Source: an uncultured archaeon (lineage in GTDB: Archaea; Aenigmatarchaeota; Aenigmatarchaeia; QMZP01). Taken from it: a stretch of 64,000 nucleotides of DNA. Each line of letters starts with the position of its first letter. Position 1 is the first letter of the stretch. A program made the position numbers and the translations under genes. The DNA lies in assembly GCA_964498245.1 (NCBI GenBank), contig CAZCGK010000002.1, positions 6,133 to 70,132 of the forward strand. The letters are read 5' to 3'. Below, one piece after another: positions 29,744 through 39,500 of this stretch. The notes below the pieces were generated by a model, which was not told where the DNA came from, searched no databases, and saw only the letters and a list, made by a program, of their open reading frames with translations.

Positions 29744-30934
29744 CTAAACAATATCCTTCTTCACGATTTCTCCAGGCAATGTAAACCTTCCAGGCCAGAT
29801 TTTTCTTCCTGGATAGAAAACCGTATTAACACCGGTTTTCACATTATCACCTATAACAGCACCGAATTTTCTTCTTAAGGTATCGATCTTTTCTCCCTTC
29901 ACAAAGGATTTTACCGTCTGTCCATCATGTCTGAGATTTGCTATTATCGTTCCTCCACCTATGTTTACATTGCATCCTATTATCGAATCTCCTATATAGG
30001 AGAGATGGTTTATTTTACTGCCATGCATAACAATGGAATTCTTCACCTCCACACCATTTCCTATTCTGCAATCGTTGCCTATCGCAGTATAAGGTCTTAT
30101 AAAACAATTAGGTCCTATCCTGCAGTTCTTTCCAATAACAACAGGACCCTTTATATACGCTCCGCTCTTCACAAGAGTTCCCTTTCCAATAACAACAGGA
30201 CCCTTTATTTTTACATGCTCTTCAACCTCTCCTTCTATCTTTGTTTCATTAAGATTTTCCAGAATCTTTTCATTCGCTTCAAGCAGATTCCATGGATAGC
30301 TGACCGGAAACCAGCAACCATCTGCATTAACAACATATACATCCCGGGATTTCGCTAAAGAATTCACAGCCTCATTAAGCTCGTATTCACCTCGAGGAGA
30401 TTTTTCAAGTTTTTTTATCTCCTGAAAAATTTCCTCATCAAGAACATAGCAACCGGTATTTGCAAGGTCAGACACGAATTCCTTCGGCTTCTCTGCAAAT
30501 CCACAAACCTTTCCCTCCTTCTCAATCCACACACCGAATCTCTCCGGGTCATTAACTCTGTGAGCGGTCACGCAGAGATCATGTTCAACACATTCTTCCA
30601 GAAGCTTTCTACTGTATATATCATCACCCATCAGAACCAGAAACCTGCCTGAAACATATCCTTCTGCATGAAGAAGGGCATGCCCTGTACCCAGCTGCTC
30701 TCTCTGCTCCACATATGTGAGCTTAATTCCCTGAAACTCTTCACCGAATTTTTCTTTTATCATCTCCTTTCGGTATCCAACCACAAGAATTACTTCATCT
30801 ATCAGGCCTGACAAGGATTCGAGATTGTGTTGAAGAATGGGCTTGTTTGCAACCTCAAGAAGCGGTTTCGGTCTGGTCAATGTCAAAGGATACGTTCTTG
30901 TTGATTTTCCTGCAGCAAGTACAACCGCTTTCAT
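29744..30934 (-). CDS. bifunctional sugar-1-phosphate nucleotidyltransferase / left-handed beta-helix acetyltransferase (archaeal GlmU-like)
   Basis: It has the N-terminal LAAGKSTR nucleotidyltransferase motif and C-terminal hexapeptide repeats. Confidence 0.8.
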   Translation of the reverse strand: MKAVVLAAGKSTRTYPLTLTRPKPLLEVANKPILQHNLESLSGLIDEVILVVGYRKEMIKEKFGEEFQGIKLTYVEQREQLGTGHALLHAEGYVSGRFLVLMGDDIYSRKLLEECVEHDLCVTAHRVNDPERFGVWIEKEGKVCGFAEKPKEFVSDLANTGCYVLDEEIFQEIKKLEKSPRGEYELNEAVNSLAKSRDVYVVNADGCWFPVSYPWNLLEANEKILENLNETKIEGEVEEHVKIKGPVVIGKGTLVKSGAYIKGPVVIGKNCRIGPNCFIRPYTAIGNDCRIGNGVEVKNSIVMHGSKINHLSYIGDSIIGCNVNIGGGTIIANLRHDGQTVKSFVKGEKIDTLRRKFGAVIGDNVKTGVNTVFYPGRKIWPGRFTLPGEIVKKDIV

Positions 30935-32704
30935 TTATTTCACCGTGACGCTTTTACTGAGATTTCTTGGATAGTCCGGATCGTGTCCGTTGAGAATGGC
31001 AAGATGATAGGCCAGTATCTGAACAGGTATTATATTCACTATAGGTGATGCATTGCCAACATCCGGAACCTTTATCCAGTAATCGAAAATCTCATTGTTT
31101 TCAGGTGAAACACCTATTATATAGCCTCCTCTTGCTTTAACTTCCATTGCATTGCTTATTATATCCTGCTTTGCCTCATCATTAGCAACCAAAACAATGC
31201 AAGGCACACCTTCATGTATCAGAGCCAGAGGTCCGTGCTTGAGCTCACCTCCGGCAAAACCCTCAGCATGTATGTAGGAGACTTCCTGTATTTTTATTGC
31301 CGCCTCCAAAGCCATCGGATAGTTCAGGGACCTTCCGATTATATAAATATTTTTCTGTTTGTATATCTTCTCCGCAAGTTTTCGTATACGATCTTCATAC
31401 CTTGGATTCAGCATGTCGTTAACTTTTGCTGCAGTCTCTATCAGGAGCCTTTTTCCCTCTTCGAGTTTTCCTGCACAGGCATATGCGAGAAGCATAACCA
31501 AGGCAAGCTGGGAGGTGGTTGCTTTGGTTGATGCCACAGCTTTTTCAGGACCCGCATTTATAAGAAATGTATAATCCGATTCCCTGTCCAAAGTTGAGCC
31601 CTTTACGTTCACAAGGGATATTATTTTTACCCCCTTCTTCTTTGCAATTCTCACAGCCTCAAGAACATCAGCGGTTTCACCGCTCTGCGATATGGGTATG
31701 AGAAGCGTTCTTTCGGTTAAGAAGTGATGATAGTTTGGAAACTCTGAAGAAAACACTGCATTCACATGTTTTTTTGCTATTTTGGAGAAGAAATATTCCG
31801 CAGCCATGCAGACCTTTCCTGCGGTTCCACAGCCTGTGAAAAATGTTCCATAAGCCTTATTTATCTCCTCTGCAATTCTCATTATTTCTTCTTCTGGCTG
31901 GTTTATGGCTCTGGCTATCGTATCTTTCTGTTCCATTATCTCCTTTATCATGAAATGCTTATATCCTCCCTTCTCTGCCTGCTGGGCATCCCAGTCTATG
32001 GTTATGAGCCTTTTCCAAACCTCTTCGTTTTTCACAAAATTGATAAACTTCGGTTTTTTATCTATAATTACCATTTCATCATCATCTATATACATAACAT
32101 TTTTCGTCTGATCAAGAAAAGCCAGAACATCCGAAGCGAGAAAATATTCCGTGGTTTCGCCTGCAGACTTCACACCCACAATGAGAGGAGAACCCTTTCT
32201 TATGCCTATCATTTTATCCGGATGCTCTGTTGATATCATTACTATTGCATATCTTCCCTCGAGCATTAATGCTGTTTTCTTTGCAGCCTCCTCAAAGCCT
32301 AAATGAAGGTTTTCCTCCATCAAATGTGCTATTATTTCACTATCGGTCTCGGATTTGAAAACGTGTCCTTTATCCATCAACATTTTTTTGAGTTCCTGAA
32401 AATTCTCTATGATTCCATTGTGAACTATCGCTATAGAATTTTTGCAATCTACATGAGGGTGTGCATTTTCTTTTGTAACACCACCATGAGTTGCCCACCT
32501 TGAATGCGCTATACCCACATTTCCTGGAAGATTTATTTCCTTTGCTTCGCTTATTTTTCCTGTATTCTTTTCCAAAAACAATCGGTTTTCCTTCACCGTT
32601 GCAAATCCGTAAGAATCGTAACCTCTGTATTCGAGTTTTTTCAGTGAATTAAAAATTATAGGTGCAGCATCCCTTTTTCCGATATATCCAACTATACCGC
32701 ACAC
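30935..32704 (-). CDS. glmS: glutamine--fructose-6-phosphate aminotransferase
   Basis: It has the N-terminal nucleophile CGIVGY, two SIS domains, and the C-terminal KSVTVK-type end. The start is probably the GTG giving fMet-Cys, as explained in the findings. Confidence 0.9.
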   Translation of the reverse strand: MCGIVGYIGKRDAAPIIFNSLKKLEYRGYDSYGFATVKENRLFLEKNTGKISEAKEINLPGNVGIAHSRWATHGGVTKENAHPHVDCKNSIAIVHNGIIENFQELKKMLMDKGHVFKSETDSEIIAHLMEENLHLGFEEAAKKTALMLEGRYAIVMISTEHPDKMIGIRKGSPLIVGVKSAGETTEYFLASDVLAFLDQTKNVMYIDDDEMVIIDKKPKFINFVKNEEVWKRLITIDWDAQQAEKGGYKHFMIKEIMEQKDTIARAINQPEEEIMRIAEEINKAYGTFFTGCGTAGKVCMAAEYFFSKIAKKHVNAVFSSEFPNYHHFLTERTLLIPISQSGETADVLEAVRIAKKKGVKIISLVNVKGSTLDRESDYTFLINAGPEKAVASTKATTSQLALVMLLAYACAGKLEEGKRLLIETAAKVNDMLNPRYEDRIRKLAEKIYKQKNIYIIGRSLNYPMALEAAIKIQEVSYIHAEGFAGGELKHGPLALIHEGVPCIVLVANDEAKQDIISNAMEVKARGGYIIGVSPENNEIFDYWIKVPDVGNASPIVNIIPVQILAYHLAILNGHDPDYPRNLSKSVTVK

Positions 32705-32864
32705 CAGAAACACCTGTAGGATAGATAGCTTTAGCCTATTTAAATGCTTTATTGAAAATATTTTCACAAGACGGGGTTTCAACACCGCAATAAGAAAGGA
32801 AATTTTATAAAAATTTCTAAAATATTTTTTGTAATATTATAAATTTTTTACTAAGGGTGAAGAA

Positions 32865-33797
32865 ATGAAAGCAAAATACTTTCTTCTAAAAAATATTAAA
32901 AAAAGAAGTGTGCTCATGCCCATAAAAATATTTAAAAATCCGGAAGATTTGAAGGTTCTTGCTAATCCTCTTGGATGGAAAATATTTCAGGAGATGAAAG
33001 TTCCTGCATGTCCTAAGGATGTGGCGAAAAAGTTGGGCATTCATGAGCAAAAAGTTTATTACTATATAAACAGATTCAGAGCTTCAGGACTTATAGAGGA
33101 AGTAAAAACCGAAGCAAGGCACGGAACAATTGCAAGATTTTACAAAGCAAAAAATCATGCGTTTGGTATGTGCATAGACGGAGGAGAAAGCATCAAAATA
33201 AATATACATCCTCCACAGCAATATAAACTTCTTGAACCTTTTATTGCTGAAGGTAGATTCAATGCAAAAATTATAGTGGGCTCACCCGATCCTCATGGTC
33301 CTTGGAAGGCAAGGGGAAGCGATTCCTGCTGTGCAATAGACTTTGCCCTTTTCATGGGCACATTCAGTGCTCATACAAAACTACCAAATTATATGCTGGA
33401 TGTTGAGATAAGAGAAAAGGATTTGAAAGATAACCTTGTGCTTTTTGGCGGTCCTGTTGTGAACATGATCACGAAAAAAATAAACAGCAAGTTACCGATA
33501 TACATAGATATAAAGGAAAATTTTGATATAAAATCCAAAATTTCGGGAAGGGTTTACAAGGACGATGAATGCGGATTCATTGCTATAATAGATAATCCTT
33601 GGAAGAAAGAGAAAAAAATTCTTGTGCTTGCGGGAAAAAGATTTCAGGGAACAAAATCCGCGGTTCTCGCATGGATAAAATATCTGGAAAAAATAATGGA
33701 AGGTAACAAATTTGATAAAAAAATCGTTGCAAAAGTTGTGAGAGGCTATGATATGGACGGTGACGGAGTTATAGACAGTGTGGATATTCTTGAGTAA
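32865..33797 (+). CDS. hypothetical protein with an N-terminal winged-helix-like segment
   Basis: An HTH-like region spans about residues 40-80, and the C-terminus has the Asp-rich DMDGDGVID motif. No close family is recognised. Confidence 0.4.
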   Translation: MKAKYFLLKNIKKRSVLMPIKIFKNPEDLKVLANPLGWKIFQEMKVPACPKDVAKKLGIHEQKVYYYINRFRASGLIEEVKTEARHGTIARFYKAKNHAFGMCIDGGESIKINIHPPQQYKLLEPFIAEGRFNAKIIVGSPDPHGPWKARGSDSCCAIDFALFMGTFSAHTKLPNYMLDVEIREKDLKDNLVLFGGPVVNMITKKINSKLPIYIDIKENFDIKSKISGRVYKDDECGFIAIIDNPWKKEKKILVLAGKRFQGTKSAVLAWIKYLEKIMEGNKFDKKIVAKVVRGYDMDGDGVIDSVDILE

Positions 33798-33835
33798 AAA
33801 TAAAAATTAATAGTTGTAAATTAAAGAAGACTAAT

Positions 33836-33975
33836 GCCGGTGTAGCTCAGCGGTTAGGTTGAAACCACGTGAAGAGCGCCAGACTCATAACATGAAGTGC
33901 AAAGGTTATGAGTGTTGAGGGTTTTAAACCCTGTGAGAAATCTGGAGGTCGCGGGTTCAAATCCCGCCACCGGCA
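33836..33975 (+). tRNA. tRNA-Met/Ile2 (anticodon CAT) with two introns (D-loop and 37/38)
   Basis: Manual fold: acceptor GCCGGTG/CACCGGC, D stem GCTC/GAGC interrupted by a 16-nt insert, anticodon stem CCAGA/TCTGG with loop CTCATA[about 50-nt intron]A, T arm GCGGG-TTCAAAT-CCCGC, discriminator A. G1-C72 argues for an elongator. Confidence 0.65.
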
Positions 33976-33995
33976 TCATTTCTATTCAGGTTGCT

Positions 33996-34274
33996 TTAAA
34001 ATACCCATGCAAAGATTTTATCGTTCATCACAACATAACTCATTTTGGTTTTAACATCGCTTCTCTCCAACATACATGTAATCTCAATACCCTGAGGTAT
34101 CCGTGCATACATTCCAGTATCGTATCCCTTTTCTCTGCAGAAATTTTTTACAAGCACATTAAGACTGTTATCAGATGAGAATATACCAGCATGAGATAAT
34201 ATTGCTATCACAAGGAATGCTGCAATCATTCCCATAACAAATCCTGCGATTAGAGAGATTTTTGTTTCTTCCAT
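33996..34274 (-). CDS. small membrane protein, hypothetical
   Basis: It has one TM helix. Confidence 0.3.
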   Translation of the reverse strand: MEETKISLIAGFVMGMIAAFLVIAILSHAGIFSSDNSLNVLVKNFCREKGYDTGMYARIPQGIEITCMLERSDVKTKMSYVVMNDKIFAWVF

Positions 34275-34299
34275 ATGGAAAAATAGAAGGGTAAGATTT

Positions 34300-34749
34300 T
34301 TAAGGGAATAGGTTACCTAAAAAACCTCCTAAATATCCCACAATAATCGGTGCGAAGAAAAGTGTAATTACATAGAAAATAAGGGCTACAGCTATTGAAT
34401 GAACAAGGCTTAAATCTCCAAAAAAGAGCTTTATAAACACAATCCACACAAGAAGTGGTAGAATAACATTCCCAAAGGGTATCGCAATAACAAACGGAAG
34501 AAGTAATCCCATAAAACCAAACATGTTAATCAGATTTACAATAAGCACCACCAAGAATGCATTTTTTACTGAGACGTTTTCTCCAAATTTATGACCGAAT
34601 ATTTCCAGAATTATCGATAGAATAATTCCTCCAATAAGGGTGGATAAAATAATATTTATACCCATGCTTATCCAGAATTCAAATGAATGTGCAGTTGCGA
34701 GGTCGTAAATGGCTTCTGGATTGAATAAAAAATTAAGGAACTCAACCAT
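34300..34749 (-). CDS. integral membrane protein (4 TM), hypothetical
   Basis: It is a polytopic hydrophobic ORF. Confidence 0.4.
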   Translation of the reverse strand: MVEFLNFLFNPEAIYDLATAHSFEFWISMGINIILSTLIGGIILSIILEIFGHKFGENVSVKNAFLVVLIVNLINMFGFMGLLLPFVIAIPFGNVILPLLVWIVFIKLFFGDLSLVHSIAVALIFYVITLFFAPIIVGYLGGFLGNLFP

Positions 34750-34806
34750 ATTTTATTTTTTGAATAAATAATATTAATAATTGAGAGTTGGGAGGGACTT
34801 CTGTCT

Positions 34807-36840
34807 ATGTACGAGGAAGCAAAAAACGAAATGACATCTTTGGATATAAGATTTCTTGTAAGAGAGCTTAGAAAAATAATTACTGGAGGATTTATAAGGA
34901 AAATCTATCAATACGGTGATTCGCGTTCAAAAAATCTGTTTTTTGAGATTTTTGTTCCAAATAAAGGTGCTTTCTGGCTTTACATGGATAAGAATAAAAT
35001 ATTTCTTACCAAGCACAAAAAACCCGCTCCTCAGGAACCTCCAAGTTTCTGCATGTTTCTCCGAAAACACCTGATGAACAAAAAAATAAAGAATATAACA
35101 CAGGCAGGGTTCGACAGGATAGTGGAAATAGAAACAGAGCAATGTGTTTTTGTTGCAGAGCTTTTCCACTCAGGCAATTTCATACTCTGCGACTCCTTGA
35201 AAAATATTATAATGCCTCTGGAGATTCAGAAATGGAAGGATAGAGAAATAAAACCAAAAATACCCTACAGATATCCTCCAAAACCATTAAATCCTTTCGC
35301 AATGGACATTGAAACCTTTATCTCTTCCTTTTTTAGAACAGAAAAAAAGCTTATAGCCTATCTTGCCTCGAGTCTGGGATTTGGTTCGGTTTATGCTCAG
35401 GAAATCTGCGCGCGGTGCGGTGTGGATGGAAATATACTTTGTAAAGAAATAAAGACCGATGATATTGTTGCAATATATAACACCATTCAGGAAATAGATA
35501 AAGAGTTTAGTCCATGTGTGTACGAGAATTTTGTCTCACCGTTTCCTCTAAAAATTTATGGAAATAGAGATGTGATTTTTAAGCCCAGTTTTTCAGAAGC
35601 ATTAGATGAATATTTTTCCAAACGTGAGGTGGAAACAGTAAAGGAGAGTATTGAGAAGCAAATAAAGGAAGAAAAGGAAAAACTTGAAAGAATAGTTAAA
35701 CAGCAAGATGAGGCATTAGAAAGATGGAAAAAAATAGAAAAGCAATCAAGGGAAATGGGAGATAGAATTTACAGTTATTATTCTGTTGTGGAAGGGGTTA
35801 TTGAGGGTATAAGAAAAGCAAAAGAATCCGGTCTTTCTTGGACCGAGATAAAGGAAAAGATATCGCAGGAATCCTCTCCCGAAGCGGAAGCCATAAAGGA
35901 AATAAGAGAAGGTGATAATGTTGTGGTGCTGAATTTGGGCGGTATTGATGTTGAAATAGATATTACAAAAACACCAGAAGAAAACGCTGCAAAATATTAT
36001 GAAGATGCTAAATGGGCAAAGAAGAAGCTTGAAGGTCTTGTGGAAGCGAAGAGTCTGCATGAGAAAAAGCTTGAGGAGACACAAGAAGAAAGGAAAAAAT
36101 TGGAAACATCAGATTTTGAAAAGTTTGTGTTTGCCAAAGAAAAGGAAAGCATTACAGTGCAGAAGTCTCAAGAACCTGAACAGAAAAAACCGAGAAGGAA
36201 ATGGTATGAAAAATTCAGATGGTTCCTTTCTTCAGATGGCTTTCTTGTTGTGGGCGGAAAGGATGCAAACCAGAATGAAATGCTGATTAAAAAACATACT
36301 GAGCCTAAAGACTTTGTATTTCATGCTGCTACCCATGGAGCAGCATTCGTGGTCATAAAAACTCAGGGCATGGAGGTTCCCGATGAAACGAAAAAAGAGG
36401 CAGCTGAATTTGCGGCCGCACATTCGAAAGCCTGGAGCATGGGTTTGGCAACCATTGATGTTTACTGTGTACGAAGAGAACAGGTTTCCAAGTCACCACC
36501 TTCAGGCGAGTATCTACCCAAAGGCTCGTTCATGATTTACGGAGAAAGAGAATGGTACAGAGATATCGAGCTCAAGCTTGCCATTGGAGTAAAAATAGAC
36601 AGAGAAAATAATACAGCCAAAGTACTTTCAGGTCCGGTAATGGCCATGAGAAAGAATTCCGATTATTTCATCACAATAAAACCGGGATTCAAAAAATCCC
36701 ATGAACTTGCAAGAACCATAAAAGACAAAATCCTCATACGTTCAAGCCCAGAGGATCGGTTTCTGATAGAGAAAATACCTCTGGATGAATTTCAGGTGGT
36801 TATACCTTCAGGCACGGGAGATATTGCAGAATATGTGTAA
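34807..36840 (+). CDS. NFACT-family RNA-binding protein (Rqc2/FbpA homolog, DUF814)
   Basis: It has the N-terminal LDIRFLVRELRKII NFACT-N motif, a central coiled coil, and a C-terminal DUF814-like region. Its length is about 677 aa. Confidence 0.8.
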   Translation: MYEEAKNEMTSLDIRFLVRELRKIITGGFIRKIYQYGDSRSKNLFFEIFVPNKGAFWLYMDKNKIFLTKHKKPAPQEPPSFCMFLRKHLMNKKIKNITQAGFDRIVEIETEQCVFVAELFHSGNFILCDSLKNIIMPLEIQKWKDREIKPKIPYRYPPKPLNPFAMDIETFISSFFRTEKKLIAYLASSLGFGSVYAQEICARCGVDGNILCKEIKTDDIVAIYNTIQEIDKEFSPCVYENFVSPFPLKIYGNRDVIFKPSFSEALDEYFSKREVETVKESIEKQIKEEKEKLERIVKQQDEALERWKKIEKQSREMGDRIYSYYSVVEGVIEGIRKAKESGLSWTEIKEKISQESSPEAEAIKEIREGDNVVVLNLGGIDVEIDITKTPEENAAKYYEDAKWAKKKLEGLVEAKSLHEKKLEETQEERKKLETSDFEKFVFAKEKESITVQKSQEPEQKKPRRKWYEKFRWFLSSDGFLVVGGKDANQNEMLIKKHTEPKDFVFHAATHGAAFVVIKTQGMEVPDETKKEAAEFAAAHSKAWSMGLATIDVYCVRREQVSKSPPSGEYLPKGSFMIYGEREWYRDIELKLAIGVKIDRENNTAKVLSGPVMAMRKNSDYFITIKPGFKKSHELARTIKDKILIRSSPEDRFLIEKIPLDEFQVVIPSGTGDIAEYV

Positions 36841-36939
36841 AATTTACATTTCAATAAAATTCCTTAAGTATATACCGATTCAACACGCGTTTCCTTTTTA
36901 ACCAAATATTTAAATAGGTCTAAAACCAATAATAAAAAG

Positions 36940-37416
36940 ATGCGTATGAAGATGAAAGCACAATCCGCAATGGAATATTTGATGACATATGGATGGGCGA
37001 TTTTAATTGTCATAATAGTGGCTGCAGCGCTTTATGCTTTAGGTGTTTTCAACCCAGCAACATACACAGGAAGCCAGGCAACAGGTTTTCCTAACCTAGG
37101 AGCTCCAAGAGAGTGGCAGTTTGACAGTGCATCAAACCAGCTAACAGTGATTCTCCAGAACCAGAAGGTAGGAAGACAGATCACAGTGAACAATGTTTCT
37201 GCAACCTGCGGATCAGGAGGATCTGCTGTTGAATCCTCTGAAACCGCAGCAGGAACTGTAACAATCTCAGCCGGAGGAACATCTCAATTTACCTTTACCT
37301 GTGATAACCTGAATGCAGGTGACCCCTATAGTTACGAAATCGTTGTAAAATACGTTCCCAGTGGCCTGACACTTGAACAGGTAGATAGAGGAAGAATAAC
37401 AGGAACCGCCCAATAA
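36940..37416 (+). CDS. archaeal type IV pilin-like protein (class III signal peptide, DUF361-like N-terminus)
   Basis: Its N-terminal sequence is KAQSAMEYLMTYGWAILIVIIV. Confidence 0.6.
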   Translation: MRMKMKAQSAMEYLMTYGWAILIVIIVAAALYALGVFNPATYTGSQATGFPNLGAPREWQFDSASNQLTVILQNQKVGRQITVNNVSATCGSGGSAVESSETAAGTVTISAGGTSQFTFTCDNLNAGDPYSYEIVVKYVPSGLTLEQVDRGRITGTAQ

Positions 37417-37464
37417 AAGCATAAAACACAAATATTTAATTTTTCGGTTTTTTTATTTTTATCT

Positions 37465-37806
37465 ATGTATAAACAAGTAATCGTAATACGGAAGGACCTT
37501 AAACTCAGTAAAGGAAAACTTGCAGCTCAAGCAGCCCACGCTTCTTTAGAAGCATATAGGCAATCAAGCAGAAGCATAAGAATTAAATGGGAAAGGGAAG
37601 GTTCAAAAAAGGTGATTTTAAAGGTTGGGAATCTGAAAGAGCTTATGCAGATATTCAGAAAAGCAAAAGCTTCTGGTTTGCCGTGCTGTATTATAAGAGA
37701 TGCAGGAAAAACGGAAGTAAGACCGGGAACGATAACAGCTTTGGGAATAGGCCCGTCGGAAGAGGAAAAAATCGATGCTGTTACAGGCCATTTAAAAATG
37801 CTATAA
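37465..37806 (+). CDS. pth2: peptidyl-tRNA hydrolase, PTH2 family
   Basis: It has the VIVIRKDLKLSKGKLAAQAAHAS signature. Confidence 0.85.
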   Translation: MYKQVIVIRKDLKLSKGKLAAQAAHASLEAYRQSSRSIRIKWEREGSKKVILKVGNLKELMQIFRKAKASGLPCCIIRDAGKTEVRPGTITALGIGPSEEEKIDAVTGHLKML

Positions 37807-37871
37807 AACAATAAAACTTTATAAACCTCTCTTCACTAACCTTTAAAATTCTCTTGCAAATAAGTGAAAGA

Positions 37872-38300
37872 ATGGATGAAAAGAAAACTCAACAAATAGA
37901 ACCAAAAGACCAAGAAAAAATTATTGTTTATCAGCTCTTGCAAAATCAACTCGAAGAGCTTAAGCAGCAAATGATAATGGTAGAGGAACGAATTGCAGGG
38001 TTAAACCTTGCAAGAGAAATTATCGATGAACTCGGGGGAAAAGAAAGAGAAACCCTCATACCTTTGGGGAGCGGATTTTATGCTCATGGCAAACTTATAG
38101 GAGAAAAAATAATAACAGATATTGGTGCAGGAGTTATGATAGAAAAGAGCAAGCTCCATGCAAAGGAAATAATCGAGAAAAGAAGAGATGAACTCAAAGA
38201 GGTAAAAGAAAAACTTCAGGCTAATATTAATGAAGTTATGGAAAACATTAACGAAATTCTTCCTGAAATACAGAAAATAGCAGAGAAATTGAATAAGTAA
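37872..38300 (+). CDS. pfdA: prefoldin alpha subunit-like coiled-coil chaperone
   Basis: It is about 142 aa with two long coiled coils around a central beta-hairpin region. Confidence 0.6.
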   Translation: MDEKKTQQIEPKDQEKIIVYQLLQNQLEELKQQMIMVEERIAGLNLAREIIDELGGKERETLIPLGSGFYAHGKLIGEKIITDIGAGVMIEKSKLHAKEIIEKRRDELKEVKEKLQANINEVMENINEILPEIQKIAEKLNK

Positions 38301-38302
38301 AA

Positions 38303-38640
38303 TCCGTGGTCGGTGAGTGTTCCCGAATTTTAAAGGATTACGCTCCTTGAGCTTTGGTGGGAACACCGAGACCGACCACGACTCTCTCGTTCTCATCTCC
38401 GGGAAGTGTATTTAATTTTCTCTTTACACCCCCCGGAGCGAGAATGATCTGGGGTTGTTATAAAGGGTTCGAGCCGAGAGAGAATGACGCTCAGGGTCGT
38501 CCGTTAGAACCAGAACGGAGTCATCCCCACTTATGAACATGTAATAATGGGGAGTACCTTAAATCCATACACTCCTTTGAGCCAAAGAACCAGACTTCTC
38601 CAACAATTACTCAAAGGAGTTCTCATACTGAATATATTTT
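38303..38640. ncRNA. GC-rich structured RNA candidate (identity unresolved: SRP RNA, RNase P RNA or other)
   Basis: It is a local GC-rich island of about 330 nt with no ORF. A 19-bp near-perfect stem (GTGGTCGGTGAGTGTTCCC / GGGAACACCGAGACCGACCAC) and further hairpins are visible. Confidence 0.3.
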
Positions 38641-38692
38641 ATTTTTTACTATTTAAAAAACTTTCTGAACGATATTTGTCGAATTTTTAGAA

Positions 38693-39028
38693 TCAGTGAT
38701 GCTCGTATTTCTCTTTCATCTCTATATCTATCTTTACTCCTTCGGGAATGGGAATTCTCACAACCTGTTTTAAAGCTCTTTCATTGGAGCCTATATCTAT
38801 AACCCTCCTGTGAATTCTCATTTCCCATCTATCCCATGTAGCATTTCCGTGTCCTGTACCGTCACCGCAGGGTGTTTTCAGTGTGTAAACCCTGAGCTTT
38901 TTTGTAGGAAGCGGAACAGGACCTCTAACAGAAATACCGTATTTTTTTGCAATTTCCTTTATCTGTCTGCAAATTTCATCCAGCTCTTTATAATTCCTTC
39001 CCGCGAGCTTGATTCTTGCAAATTCCAT
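38693..39028 (-). CDS. rps10: 30S ribosomal protein S10 (uS10)
   Basis: It has the ARIKL...GPVPLPTK...WDRWEMRIHRR signature. Confidence 0.9.
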   Translation of the reverse strand: MEFARIKLAGRNYKELDEICRQIKEIAKKYGISVRGPVPLPTKKLRVYTLKTPCGDGTGHGNATWDRWEMRIHRRVIDIGSNERALKQVVRIPIPEGVKIDIEMKEKYEHH

Positions 39029-39061
39029 ATTATTCACCTTTGTTTTCTCTTTAAATATTTT

Positions 39062-39499
39062 TTATCTCTTGCTCCTTTGCTTGTATCTTCTTGATCCCTG
39101 TGAAGATCTGGGAGGTTTGTGGGGTTCGGTTCTTCTAGGATCGTAGACTATTAGATTTCTATCATATTCTATAAATTTCTTTTTCACATTTTCTCCCAGG
39201 ATTTCCACCAGACCCCTGGCTATGGCCTGTCTGGCAGCTTCAGCTTGACCCATTATACCTCCACCAATGACGTTTACCTTTATATCATATCCTTTCCATC
39301 CATCCCCTGCAAGCACAAGAGGCTCATTTATTAAAAGTCTTACCATGTCAGGTTTTACGATTTCAAGAGGAATTGAATTTATTTTTACCCTTCCAGAACC
39401 CGGTCTAAATGTTGCTCTGGCAACTGCTCTTTTCCTTTTACCTGTGGTGAATACGATTTTCTTTTCAACACCCTTCTCTTTTTTCATACTTCTCCCCAT
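39062..39499 (-). CDS. rps9: 30S ribosomal protein S9 (uS9)
   Basis: It has the GGGIMGQAEAARQAIARGL motif and a basic C-terminal tail. Confidence 0.9.
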   Translation of the reverse strand: MGRSMKKEKGVEKKIVFTTGKRKRAVARATFRPGSGRVKINSIPLEIVKPDMVRLLINEPLVLAGDGWKGYDIKVNVIGGGIMGQAEAARQAIARGLVEILGENVKKKFIEYDRNLIVYDPRRTEPHKPPRSSQGSRRYKQRSKR

Positions 39500-39500
39500 A

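Noticed and set aside
38354-38536. 60-aa ORF inside the GC-rich intergenic island
   Set aside because: Its Pro/Gly/Arg-rich translation is typical of a random frame through structured RNA. The region is better explained as ncRNA.
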